DNA of 63,905 nt, filler included, from Choristocarpus tenellus KU-1152 (lineage: Eukaryota > Protista > Phaeophyceae), in the NCBI GenBank assembly GCA_964200185.2. It is 12 parts of 12 records of this genome, joined end to end, with 100 filler letters (N's around TTAATTAATTAA, not from the genome) between each part and the next. Parts side by side here need not be neighbours in the genome. Positions count along the whole stretch, not along the records: positions 50,468 to 54,503 come from CAXNAD020016554.1; positions 54,604 to 60,625 come from CAXNAD020009148.1; positions 60,726 to 63,905 come from CAXNAD020021741.1; 9 more parts are not named here. The stretch is one strand, 5' to 3'. Below are positions 51,596 through 63,393 of the stretch, piece by piece (positions within the stretch are counted from its first letter, which is position 1; each line of letters opens with the position of its first letter). A program made the translations under genes and the position numbers. The notes under the pieces were generated by a model. It made no database searches, was not told the origin of the DNA, and saw only the letters and a list, made by a program, of their open reading frames with translations.

Positions 51596-54464
51596 TCATT
51601 GATCCGAATTGATATCAATCGAAGGTTTTGTGTTGGAATGAGATTTATCCAGATAATGTTGTTGCCTATATGTAGCAATCATATCTGCACAATGTGGCAA
51701 ATCACGTGGACGATAGAACACATCAGAAGCACGGTCATAGCCTTTAAGACGTAATCTATATTCTATGTTCATAGGTGAACGAGGTCCACAGCCAAACTTG
51801 TGTCCCACGATCGCTTCAATAGTGTAAGGACCAATGGTTACCGGGGATTCTAAATAATCCAGATCTGGTAAGGGTAAAGTTCGGCCAAGAAAAAAATCAC
51901 TGGGTTTCATAAAATCAGGTTCAGGTGGTTGTGTGTTTGGAATGTAAGGTTTCAAGTGGGCAAAAATGAACAGAAATATCTTTGATGTCACCCTGTTCAC
52001 GAACACAGTAAACTACAGGGGAAATCTTAGCGGTGACAGTGAAAGGTCCACGCCAAGGATGAATCAGTTTTGGATTAGGTCCGTCACGATCAGTATGTGG
52101 ACGATGCATCAAAACTTGAGCTCCAACTTGAAACACAGGGAAAACAAGAGTTTCATTGTTAGCATTTTTCTTAGCATTCCATTATCCCAGATTGTGACAG
52201 GCTAATTCAAAAGCTAACTGTAAATTCTCAGCTGTTGATTGAGTAAAATCTTGACTAGATTGTGCAACCGTTGTTTTAGATAGTCCAAAAATGACATCTA
52301 TCAGTAAAATTGGCTGGCGTCCAAAAAGTAGGAAGAAAGGTGTTTCTTGTAATGTGGTATTGTATGCCGTATTGTGAGCCAATTGAAGGAATGGAACAAC
52401 AGTCGCCCACTTGTTCTCTGCAATGTTACTGTACATGGATAACATTTGATGCAAAGTAGAATGAACACGCTCTAAGACAGAGTTACCCTGAGGTCTGTAG
52501 GGTGTGGTTCGAGTTTTATGGTACCCAAACACTGTCTGCAATTCCAGAACAAGTTTATTTTTAAATTCCGAACCTTGGTCAGAGTGAAGGATTTCGGGTG
52601 CCCCAAATATTGAAAATATCCTTTCAAACAAAACTTTGGCAATGGTCCCTTCTTGTTTGTCTGGAATGGGAATGAGAAAAGCAAAGCGTGTCAACTGACA
52701 AATAGCCGAAAGAACATAACGGCAACCATGGGAAATGGTTTTATACTGTACAAGATCAACAGCAATCCGTTCAAATGGTTGAGTGGCAGAAATTTTTCCT
52801 TGAGGTAATGTAGGACGTCTGTGAGAGGTTTTTCGTCTTTGGTAAAGTTGACATCTTTCACACCACTCTCTAACATCTTTTTGAAACATAGGCCACCAAT
52901 ATCGGTCTCGTACCTTGTCCAGAGTATGAGAAAGACCAAAATGACCCCCCGGAGCGGAATGGTCATGGCAAGCATGCAAGATCAAAGATTGTAATTCTTT
53001 TGGAACTACTAATTCACCACGAAAAGCACAGTGTTTGCGTATATGCCCTGGAAAATATGAATGGTAAAGCAAGTTAGTGTCAGCATCAACATAAAAATAT
53101 GACATGCTATACCTCGATTCCCGGGGAGACTGCCTTCAGGAATTGGATACAATTCAGATTGACCGCGAACTTTTTAGTAGTTCTGTGAACATCTTTCCAA
53201 CTCTAGGCCACACCAAAATTCGGGACACACAAATGAAACAATTTTCTCTTTGCTTTGCGTATTTACAAGCCCCTGATTCAGTGTCTTTACCTGGATATAT
53301 TTCATATGCTTGACGTGGGGTTACCGCATTTGAAGTAGTTTTTTCCAGAATATTTCTACAAATAGGAAAAAGTACTTTTGGCATACGATCAATCTCAATA
53401 TCAAAAAGATGAGAAAGGGTACCAGGTACAACGTTGTCTTTGCCAGGTTTATGATGGACTGTAAAGTCAAAACATTGAAGAGCGAGAGCCCAACGTGTCA
53501 ACATATTATCTGTGTCTGGCATGTGATACAGATAACGGAGTGCTGCATGATCAGTGAATAAATCAAAATGTCGACCCCGAAGATATGGACGGCAGTGGTT
53601 AATGCCGTGGACTACTGCTAAACATTCTTTGTATGTAGCTGAATAATTTCGTTGTGCTCCATCAAATTTCTCGCTAAAGTAAGCCACAATATGAAGTGAG
53701 GTATTCATTGGATCATCTGAAGCTTTTTTTTTAGCAAGAAAACCACTACCCATGTTAGAAGCATCCACATGTACCACAAAAGGTTTTAAGAAGTCTGGAT
53801 AATGTACGAGGGGGGTCGAAAATAATGCCATTTTTATTTTTTCTAATGCGTTATCGTGAACTGATGTCCATGCTTTTCCAATTTCACCAGAAGGACAAGA
53901 GATGAATTCATTACGTGTAAATTTTAGAAGGGGTTCTGTCAGATCTGTATAATGTGGGATGAACTTTCGACAAAAATTGTACATACCAAGGATAGAACGA
54001 ATGTCCTTTATTGTTCGGGGATTGGGCAGGTCAACAACAGCTTGAACTCAAGCTTTTCCAAGACGTACCCCTGCACTAGAGACAATATGGCCAAGGTATT
54101 CTACTTCTGCTTGACCAAACTTCAATTTAGAAGGTTTTAAAGTAAGGCCAGCATTTTGAAGGGCATTAAAAAGTTTTTCAAGCAAAGTTATATGGTGTTG
54201 CCAAGTGGTCGAACAAAGAATGAGATCATCCGTGTAACACAGCAGACCTGACCCCGTGCCAAAATCAGATAGAGCTCTAGCCATCATACGTTAAAAAATA
54301 AATGGGGCATTGCTCAAACCAAAAGGAAGTCTTTTCTATACAAACTTGCCTTTATGGGTGACAAAAGCAGTCTTGTCAATGTCTGCTTCAACGACAGTAA
54401 TCTGATGATATGCTGATTGAACGTCCGCAACAGAAAGAAATTTTGCTGCACCAATGGAATCAAG
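51596..54464 (-). mobile_element. pol: Ty3/gypsy (chromovirus-type) pol pseudogene: RT-RNase H-integrase-chromodomain
   Basis: RT LPFGLSNAP and YTDD; RNase H VDASNMG..NYSATYKECLAVV..TDHAAL; integrase HHCC, LHSDQGSEF, GNSVLER, WRGPF; chromodomain-like YTIEAIVGHK..IEYRLRLKGY; split by stops and frameshifts. Confidence 0.95.
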
Positions 54465-54503
54465 GGGTCAAAGTATCTTGGGGAGGGGGGTGGTTTGTGA
54501 GGG
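54465..54503. mobile_element. MITE family B terminus inserted in the gypsy RT, at contig end
   Basis: GGGTCAAAGTATCTTGGGGAGGGGGG abuts RT-coding sequence. Confidence 0.85.
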
Positions 54504-54658
54504 NNNNNNNNNNNNNNNNNNNNNNNNNNNNNNNNNNNNNNNNNNNNTTAATTAATTAANNNNNNNNNNNNNNNNNNNNNNNNNNNNNNNNNNNNNNNNN
54601 NNNGTCAAGCCCATCCTCAATGAAAAGCTCCATCCTCAATTTTTGAAATCGACTGTTT

Positions 54659-54994
54659 TGTGCATGGTGTGCTTTCTGCCTCCATGTGTATCTAGTTGAA
54701 ATACAACACGTTTTAAGATTATCTTATCAATACTTTTTGTACACACCCACTGTATACATATCCGTATTCATTATTTTCATTTTCATAAATTGGAAGACCT
54801 GTTTACTCATTTACTCGTTCACCTGATGAAAATATTGGTACAACCATTTATACAGTACTACTATACAAGCTACATGTGCGTGGTGTGCTTTCTGCCTCCT
54901 TGTGTATCTACTTCGAAGTACAATACATCAATACATTGTAAGACGATCTTATCAATACTTTTTGTACACGCCCACTGTATATATATCCTTATTC
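54659..54994. repeat. Imperfect direct repeat (~110-120 bp; 54659-54769 and 54875-54994)
   Basis: TGGTGTGCTTTCTGCCTCC..TGTGTATCTA..ATCTTATCAATACTTTTTGTACAC.CCCACTGTATA occurs twice. Confidence 0.85.
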
Positions 54995-55014
54995 TGGACT
55001 GTACGACACCAGAA

Positions 55015-55085
55015 GGACAGATCGTATAGTGGTTAGTATACCACATTGTGCCTGTGGCAACCCAGGTTTGACTCCTTGTCTGCCA
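55015..55085 (+). pseudogene. tRNA-His(GTG) pseudogene
   Basis: GATCGTATAGTGGTTAGTA D-arm typical of tRNA-His; anticodon stem CCACA/TGTGG with loop TTGTGCC; T-loop mutated (TTTGA); acceptor stem lacks a base; T5 tract follows. Confidence 0.8.
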
Positions 55086-55779
55086 ATTTTTCCATTTTGT
55101 ATGTGCAAGTGTTTTTTGATCCGCTGCCTATAATTGATTGATTATCACATATTATTATTGGTTCAATGCACAATTGACCAATTAATCCAAGCTTTTCATT
55201 TTGCAAGTAAAATTGTTTTCGATGCATCGCCAGTGATCGATTGATTATCACATTTTATCGATTCAATGAACGATGGGGTGATCTCCAAACATTTAACGAA
55301 ATTTGTGGAGACAAAGCAACATTCAACATGATTGGGACCTGCGCTCTGCAATAGTAGTTACGTCAGATCACCCTTCTTATATACAGCAAGGGTGGGGCAA
55401 TACCCTCCAAACCCCATACAGGCATGCACTCTCTCACGATTTATGTAGTGAATTCCTTTGACAGATAAATAGTATTGTGGAAGATGTATTTCTTACGATG
55501 TATATGATACGAACATAGTATGAATTACTGGATCGCTGTTGATTACACCAATTAGTCCTTGCACTTCCACCAATGGTGCTTATGGTGAGTCACAGCACCT
55601 ACTCCGCACACTCTCCTTTGCTATACAAAGTACTATCTAGAGGAAGAGTGCCATATAGAGGTTAATTTTATTTCTCAATTTGAACAGTGTGTCACTTTCC
55701 TTTTACCTCCCTTACATTCATGGGCAACCTGTCTTACAAGTAGTTTTGTGTTACTGACTATATATATATTATAGGTATT

Positions 55780-56980
55780 GTTTGCAGCGAGACAAGCAGT
55801 GGCGGTTTCAAAGTAGGTGGAATGATCTAAGATCACTTTTGAATATCGTTTCGCTGGCACAATGCCAGATAGGAGATCAGCATTGACTCAAGTCACAACA
55901 CTTCCAGTGAGTCACGCGGGAGCGGCAGTTTCAGACTTTTGTCCTTTTCAATGGTTGTGTAATATACCAATAGGCGACTTGACCAGCAACAATTGCAGCG
56001 AAACATGCAGATGAGTGGAAGTATCTTAGAGGGTACGAATTTTGCCTTGTTCGTCCATTTTGGGAGGTAAATGTGTACGTTATGAAAAGATTTTCAGAGC
56101 AAGGATGCTGACACAATAGTCAAAATTACATCAAAATCGCAATATTGGATTTTGACCCCAAACGGACGCAGCTCTCCACCCTCTAAGGTAATTTGACTCA
56201 GATGTGGTTCTCAGAGGGTTGGAAGAATCCGAGTTGCTTTTTTGGCCATTTTGCAGTCCAAGGTTCGCAACAAATACAAAACATGGATTTCTTGAAGCGG
56301 AAATGGGTATTTACAGCGTCACACAGTGGCGATATCAAAGAGGTTAGGACAATCTCTAAACCATTTCTTGATCGTTTTGTCGGTCCAATCGTACCAGGAT
56401 ACGGTGACTTCAGCAACATCACCAACAGCAAACCCCACCGTGACAGTTTTAGATCACTTGGAAGTACCAAGAATACTTTAAATGCTGCTTCGCCAATGCA
56501 TTGGTTGCAAGGTATCAACAATGACTTGAGTAGCAACGTTTGTAGCAAAACACTAATCCCTTGTTTCAGATTATGTTAAGCACATACAAATCTTTACAAC
56601 ATCACCTTGCAACCCCAAGGATAGCAAGATGCTAAACAATAGGTTTACCAGCATAATTTGTAGCACGCTAAACAATGACGATTTCAAAGCGGTTAGAAGG
56701 ATTCAAAATCAGTCCTATGTTCTGAGGATACCAACAGGCGAATTGATAGGCAACATTTGGAGATAAATATGCACTATTTAGACGGGTTAGAAAGAATCAA
56801 TACCGTTTGGTGACTCTTTCACCAGTCAATGATCACATGGTTCCAGTTGGTGACTCTGCAACACATAGTGATGGATTCAAATCTTCATGAAATATCGAAA
56901 ATAGTTTAATCTGATCGTTCCATAAGTCCAGCGGTTGGAGAAAAATAGCTAGTGCCTTCAGCAAGAATTATTTTGTAACT
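55780..56980 (-). mobile_element. Probable decayed hAT transposase remnant interrupted by a family A MITE
   Basis: RVTNWNH (cf. TRWNS) and SPIWHCASETIFK..NRH (cf. PxSSxxSERxFS..R); many stops. Confidence 0.35.
56013..56199. mobile_element. MITE family A, internally deleted (187 bp), TSD AGAT
   Basis: AGAT|GAGTGGAAGTATCTTAGAGGGTA...ACCCTCTAAGGTAATTTGACTC|AGAT. Confidence 0.9.
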
Positions 56981-56991
56981 AAAACAAAGTA

Positions 56992-57540
56992 CTCCCTCCG
57001 TTCGGAAATAAATAAATGTAACATTACTTTTGCAGGCCCGATGAAAAAAAACTTTTTTACATGTTCATATTCTATGGGCATATTGTGCAGACACTAAAAG
57101 GTTGCCCACCAGAATCTCGAGAAAAATGGGGCAGCCTACACCTATCTATGATTCCACCCCCAAAGCCCTCCAATTCTCCATTCCAGCACGGTATTTTGCC
57201 ACATCCACCACCAGGGGGAGTTTGCCCGCCTTCTCAGCTTTTTCCTTGCGAAGATGGGGAATTTTGAAGACAACTCTGCTATGATTGGAGTAAGGACAGT
57301 TTGATCATTGTCCTAACTCTTCATCACAAGGAAAATAATCTAAGTTGCATGATTGAAGATTGCTGAATCACATCCAAACAAGGAAAACTATCAACACAGG
57401 CGAGTGTGTCAAGACCTAGAGACAAGGACCATTGCTAGGTCAGGTACCCCACCATTCCAAACAAGTATCCCTTGGTTCTCGGTTGGGGGGCAAACAGGGT
57501 CTGCACAACAGTTTTTGAGCTACTGTTTCGTCATTTGCTG
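56992..57540 (-). mobile_element. 3' end of a DD39D mariner element with Stowaway-type TIR
   Basis: TA|CTCCCTCCGTTC terminus at 56990-57003; minus strand encodes FKIPHLRKEKAEKAGKLP, matching the C-terminal YKIPH..K..LERxGxLP motif. Confidence 0.8.
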
Positions 57541-57655
57541 CACTTGATTGCTGAGGTGTGTAGACTTGTGAGTTGATTTTGAAGTGAGTACTTGCGACAC
57601 ACTGTACAGATATTTCAATGCAATGTGTATCTGTCCTGTTGTTCCCTCTCTGCCA

Positions 57656-58598
57656 CTAAGGAAAGATATTTAGTCTCTCATCAATTACTGCCCGACACAA
57701 CGGGCAATCCCTCAATGGCTCCGCCCCTGCCTCATCTGCACATGTACTACAGAGACACAGATGTCGGCAGGGAAGAAGCACAACAGAGCGGGGACGGTCC
57801 TGACAAACACAGCACAGCGTCTCATCAGGATGGGCATTGGTGAGTATTGCTCTTTGTCTTTTTTCCTCCTTCAGCTTAGCCTGGTTGAGATGATAGTACA
57901 AGAAATTGAGGTAAAGAGGAACAATGAGAATGGAATGTCAGCATAATTACTCTCTGCATGCCGTGAAGCTGATGAGTCCAATCAGCAGAGTTACGAAATG
58001 TATGGTGACTTGTTGCCTTTATGGAGTCCAAATGTACACAAATGAATACTTCAAACTAAATCAAGAAGCCCATATTGAGGTGAAGCCAAAGTGTGAAAAA
58101 GCATTTGGGAGTGAATGGTATATTGTGAATCAGGAAGGCTTCAGTAGGATGGATATAGTGTGCACTCTTACGGTAACATTTGGAGTTGGCCATAGAGTCT
58201 GCATTGCACTTTATGGATGAAAGAGGTGAAGGTGGAGTTGTAAGTTTCTTTGATATCTTAATTACTCAGCACTTAAGCGTCTTGTTATGTTATAGTGCTA
58301 AGGGATCAATTCCTATACCTCCCTGTTTTCGTCGTGTGACTGTGCTTTCTTAGTGTACCTTGTACCCAGTTACGCAAGCAAACATTTTCCAGATGGAAAA
58401 TCGTCGAGATTTGGTTTGATCTGGCTAACCTTCTTGATCATACCATCCTTCTCACCACCTACACTTTTACCATATATTATGGAGAACTGATAAAATCTTG
58501 AAGTAGCTAACCTTGGCCGTGTTGACCCTCTCAAGTCGGCAGAGTAACCGGTTGCTAAGATGCTCCAGCTCTTCGTCCCCTATGCATTCCAGATCGCC
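57656..58598 (-). CDS. Coiled-coil + C-terminal C3HC4 RING protein (putative E3 ligase); exons 58598-58512 and 57880-57656
   Basis: TAG|GDLECIGDEELEHLSNRLLCRLERVNTAK|GTTAG ... CCAG|AKLKEEKRQ..CCVCQDRPRSVVLLPCRHLCLCSTCAD..DCPLCRAVIDERLNIFP*. Confidence 0.88.
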
Positions 58599-59227
58599 CT
58601 ATGGTTGTTGAAGAAGGGAAACGATAATACGTAGAAGAAAGCAGGATATTTCAGTGTTGTAGGAGAGGACAGAGATACGTGGAGGTTGTGTCCCTTCCTC
58701 GACCCAATCTAGATGATATCCTACGCACCTACCAAGTTTATGAGGGTTTTGATGGCAGCAAAGACAATAATGTTCAGTATCGATTTCTTTGTAATATTCA
58801 TGGGTATCACTAAATTAGCATGGGTGTGTTAGAACGCTTTTGTACATTGATGCTAGTTGCAAAGAACTATTTTTGAAATAAATTTTGTGATCTTCCTCTT
58901 GTTGTCCTTCTTGGGACCTCTTTGTCATCTGTCCCATTTTTGGATGTTTTCCGTCCTATGATCTTCCGCCTCTAACTGATCCCGAACAAACTGAGGTGTG
59001 GGACGTGCAGATTGAAACCCACATGCAATACAGGAAAACAATACTAGAGTTTCGTGAATTCGATATATGCATATAGACTATCGAAATATGAGGAATCTAT
59101 TATATACACTTAGTACTCTGGAGGGCTCTGGGATATAAATGTAAATTATACCTGGCATAAATGACATGCAGTATCTATCTCTGTATGACATTTAACTTGC
59201 AGTTTGTTCACACTTTGTTAACACTGA

Positions 59228-59485
59228 GAGTCAAAGTATCGTGGAGGGTAGAGCCGCGTTCATTTGGGGCTAAATCCAATGTTGAGATTTTGATATAATT
59301 TTGGCTATTGCGTTTGTTAGGAAATGTCAATATCCTTGTTCCAGACACACCTTTTCATAATGTATACATTTTACCTACTCCGAAAAAAATTGGAGTAGGT
59401 AAAATGTCATAAAAAAAAACGTGGGAAGCCAAGCCTCAAATGGACAAACAGGGCAAAACTCGTACCCTCTAAGAAACTTTCACTC
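59228..59485. mobile_element. MITE family A, full length (258 bp), reference copy
   Basis: TGA|GAGTCAAAGTATCGTGGAGGGTA...TACCCTCTAAGAAACTTTCACTC|TGA; internal hairpin at 59366-59407. Confidence 0.93.
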
Positions 59486-60185
59486 TGAAGTCAAGTTAGT
59501 TGTGTCGGCTTGATATTTCCTCGATTCAGTGTGTTTACTGTAATTCAGCACTTGCCCTTTTTTTTTCAGGAATTGGTGATATTTCTCTTTTGGACTGCTT
59601 CAAGAACTTCCATTTGTGCATGTTCTGTCTAACGGTAATTAACAAGAAATAGTGTTACATATATTTCTTTTGATTGTAGAGCAAGTAGGATTTGTTCCTC
59701 TCTCCAATCCAATATCCTATGCAACTGGTTGGATTTGTTGACTTCTCTGATATCCCTGAAGAGTAGGCAAGTGTGCTTCTATTTGTTGTGGTTTCTACCT
59801 CCTTCTCATAGGAGAAAGATCTGTCCAGATGAAACATCAACCTGCCACCCTCTCCATACTTTGACCATGAAAGAGTTTGGCAACAATTGGGATTGTGGTG
59901 GTGTTCTCTCCACATGAAGAATCGAGGCTGTCATCCTGAATAACTGGGTCAATCCTTCGAAATGTTCCATTCCCATATGGAGTGAGGAAATATATTCATT
60001 ACCATCTCTTCCGACTACCTTCTCTGTAGGATCTATTTCGTCCATGCTGTATGCTGTTGCAATCACCTTTCACTACAAGTTGGGTTGGCGATCCCAATCC
60101 CTAGTATTTGGAACACACCACAGTCGAGTAATTTCCGGAGGAGTCGGTACACCTACAGTAGACTCTAATATCTAGGTGTACCCAC

Positions 60186-60414
60186 CTCTAGATCATCTTG
60201 CAATGTCCTTCCTGGCACTACTACCGGGGAAGATTCCTCTGCCAAAGACCCTGCACCTCCACCTAGTCTGAAGATTTCATCTCTTCTTGTGGTACGGTGA
60301 TTTTCTGCACTTGTAGACATGGTCCTTGATGCTCCATGCAGTGGAATTTCTGCTACCATTCGGGAGCGCAAGTCAGCCAAGGCCTGCAGGTGTTCTTCAT
60401 GAAGGGTATTGAGT
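60186..60414 (-). CDS. Probable upstream exon of the RING gene
   Basis: CTAG|A LNTLHEEHLQALADLRSRM..RTLQDDLE|GTGGGT; helical coiled-coil character. Confidence 0.5.
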
Positions 60415-60555
60415 CTAGCCAAAAAGAGCTTTCATGACGAAAGAAACATTGTATTGAGGTAGAAGCAAGTACAGGGGGTCGGGCAGGCTGGAGTTGGAGG
60501 GGACACATGCCAAGATGATTGTGTTGAACTCTAGGAACATGGTGCGAGAGTAGAT

Positions 60556-60625
60556 GGTTCAAAGTGTCTGGGGGGGGGTGGCGGCTGTCCATTTGGGGTC
60601 AATTTTTCAATGTCGCGATTTTTTG
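60556..60625. mobile_element. MITE family B, partial at contig end
   Basis: GGTTCAAAGTGTCTG(G)nTGGCGGCTGTCCATTTGGGGTCAATTTTTC. Confidence 0.9.
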
Positions 60626-61411
60626 NNNNNNNNNNNNNNNNNNNNNNNNNNNNNNNNNNNNNNNNNNNNTTAATTAATTAANNNNNNNNNNNNNNNNNNN
60701 NNNNNNNNNNNNNNNNNNNNNNNNNCATAAATAATTTACCGTAACTGTCCGATAGAGTTGGAAGAGTCTAATCGAACATGTCCCTCGTGATTGCCCAGAT
60801 TAGGGTACCCTAATCAAGGCTACCTGGCTTACAATTGAAAAGCAACTTTCTTTTCTCTGCCCTTGTTGGTTCTTAGCCTACCCTATCCCAATCTACCCGC
60901 CCTGCCTGAAAATTTCCGCCTAAGCTTAATTCCTGTGCCATACACCATCCTTGTCCACACAGCTGCTCTACCCTCCGAAGTGGCTTGCTCCTCCGTCTTG
61001 GCTTACATCGCAGATTCACAGTTAGCACAGTCTGTCACCTCAGCAGCTGCCCCCCGTCCCCTTCCCCTTTGTCAATCTGGCTCACTCTTCCATGGACGCC
61101 TTCTTTGTTCCACAATATGCAGACAATAAAAACAGAACCCTCGAATTTGACAAGGTCATTAGCCATAGCATTCTTCGTATTACAGATTTTATCACCTGAC
61201 CCTCCTGATTTACCTGGTAACCAGTAGGAGTCACTCATTAGATATTGGTAGACGACAAATGGCACTCTCGTTTCCACATTGGAGATCTCCACTGGCTTGT
61301 CAGACTTTGGTGATCAGCACACGACTCTCTTGTTGTACTTCACGAGCCTATTATTTTGTAGTCAGCAACTCGTACTCTTACCCTTACTTAGCAAGATTAG
61401 CAAATGCACCT

Positions 61412-61935
61412 GGCTCAAAGTATCTGGGGAGGGGGTCTACACCAGGGTGTCCATTCGGGCCATAACCAGGAGAAGTACAGTTACATCATGTGCAATATAG
61501 GCTGGTAGTCTATATGGTTTACATGTGTTTAGTGGTCGCTACTAGACAACAGATATGTTGGCTAAGTGGATGAAGTGTCATTGACTTGTATTCGTGTTTC
61601 TTGTTACCTGGTATAAATGGAGTGATGGAGCATTACTGACATAGTACCAGCTACACAGGAGAAGCGACATAGTACGACCAACGGCAGGATAAGTTTTGAT
61701 GTGTCAGCTGATGTGTGCAATAAGATAATAAGAGAGAGCACCCCCCACCTCAAGGGATAGTGCTCACTCCGCTAATAAACACAACCATACCGCATAAAGC
61801 AAAATACTCTATTTGAGTAGCTCTCTTTTGCAAACATTATTCATCTGATGTATGCAACGAAATCACCCAAAATCGCGACATCGAAAAATTGTCCCCAAAC
61901 GAACAGCTGTCACCCCGCCCCAGATACTTTGAGCC
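61412..61935. mobile_element. MITE family B with nested 348-bp insertion, TSD ACCT
   Basis: ACCT|GGCTCAAAGTATCTGGGG...CCCCAGATACTTTGAGCC|ACCT; perfect 18-bp TIR; the two halves rejoin into the family consensus. Confidence 0.92.
61489..61836 (+). mobile_element. Probable solo LTR nested in the MITE
   Basis: TGTGCAA...TTGCAAACA ends; TATAAA (~61613) and AATAAA (~61774); short imperfect duplication of MITE sequence at the junctions. Confidence 0.6.
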
Positions 61936-63393
61936 ACCTCTTCATCTACTTGGCAGTAAACAACTGGCACTATTGAAATATTTAACAGTTAGAAACTAGC
62001 GTTTGGTTGACATTCAACACATGATGCTGTTTGATATTACTAGGCATATCCAGCACACACACACACCCTTACCAAACTGGCTTTCTAGTTCTAGTCTAGG
62101 ATTATTCTTGATTTTGGGGTTCGCAAGGAACAATTATGGCAAGGACCTCCTGTAGCAACACCCATAATCTTGAAAAAAAGCCCTTGTGGATACATGCAAA
62201 CCGTAGCTAGGCAAAGGCTCGCCGATGTCTCCCCACATGATAGGCAAGCGCGTGTGATACACCCCAGTAGTACACCACGACTCAGTCATCAGCAATATGC
62301 AGGTACACAGTAGTGAACAGCAGACTGTCAAGGTCCTGAAGGAATCACAGCTGTCCTCCCACCCACCTTGCATGGCATTGGGATTGGTAAAGAACCTGAT
62401 TTTATCTCTAATGATTGACACGCGCTGCAATGCATCACGCACTTCCCCTCTAACTCCGCATTGTAGGGTAGTGTAGGCTGTGGTTACTTCACTGTTGGGT
62501 TTTTCGACCTGTTGTGCTAAAGGTGGCTGTTCATTACATGATATGACATTTTCATGAAATGGATTTATTGATCATCATGAAATGACTAATCCCATCCTAA
62601 AGCAGATTTTTTTTTTAAGATTCAGGTCTACCACCAGGTAAGAGATGGAGACTTCAGATGAGCCATACATGTTATTTATTTATTTTTTCGTGTGGCATGA
62701 TTCCCCCGACATGATGTAATGACCGTACAGTCACCTCGTATCGTTTTAGGAGAGTTGAGCCACCAACATCGTACGTCCGAGTTGTCCACTTGGAATATTG
62801 TAGTGGTTGTGAGCAATATTCCAATCGATGTCAGAATTGAGGAAGGAGAGTGGGTGCACACATTTGACCTCATTGTTTGCTGTGTTGATTTGGTCATGTA
62901 ACACGAGGTGTTGTTTTCACGCATCGGAGTAGTGATCAAATCATCGTATAACACCCGTATAGCAATGTCGAATCACAAACACTAGTCAAACCGTTTTGTT
63001 GACATCGTATATGGTGTTTGCTCCTTGTATCTCCATTCTGAGTGTATCCTATGTTTCATACAAGATAATAGAGACCCTATATGCTGGCCATATATACCTC
63101 TCGCCTCGTCATTAGGCTGATTGATATGCTGATCCCATACTCTCAGACCTCGTAAGCTTGATTGGTGTACTGACCACACATCATCAACCTTAGGCTAATT
63201 TGATCCTGATGAGATATTCATTGTGTGCCTCGTTTATATGTTACACTTCATTTTGTATTGATGAAGTTGTGTAATACAATGGTGCAATAGCATACTAACA
63301 GTCACATGTTTCCCATTTCGCTCCCAGAGCTCACTTTTTGGTTGACCCTGAATCATGTTTACATGGCTTCAAGGCCGATCAGAAGGGGGGGGA

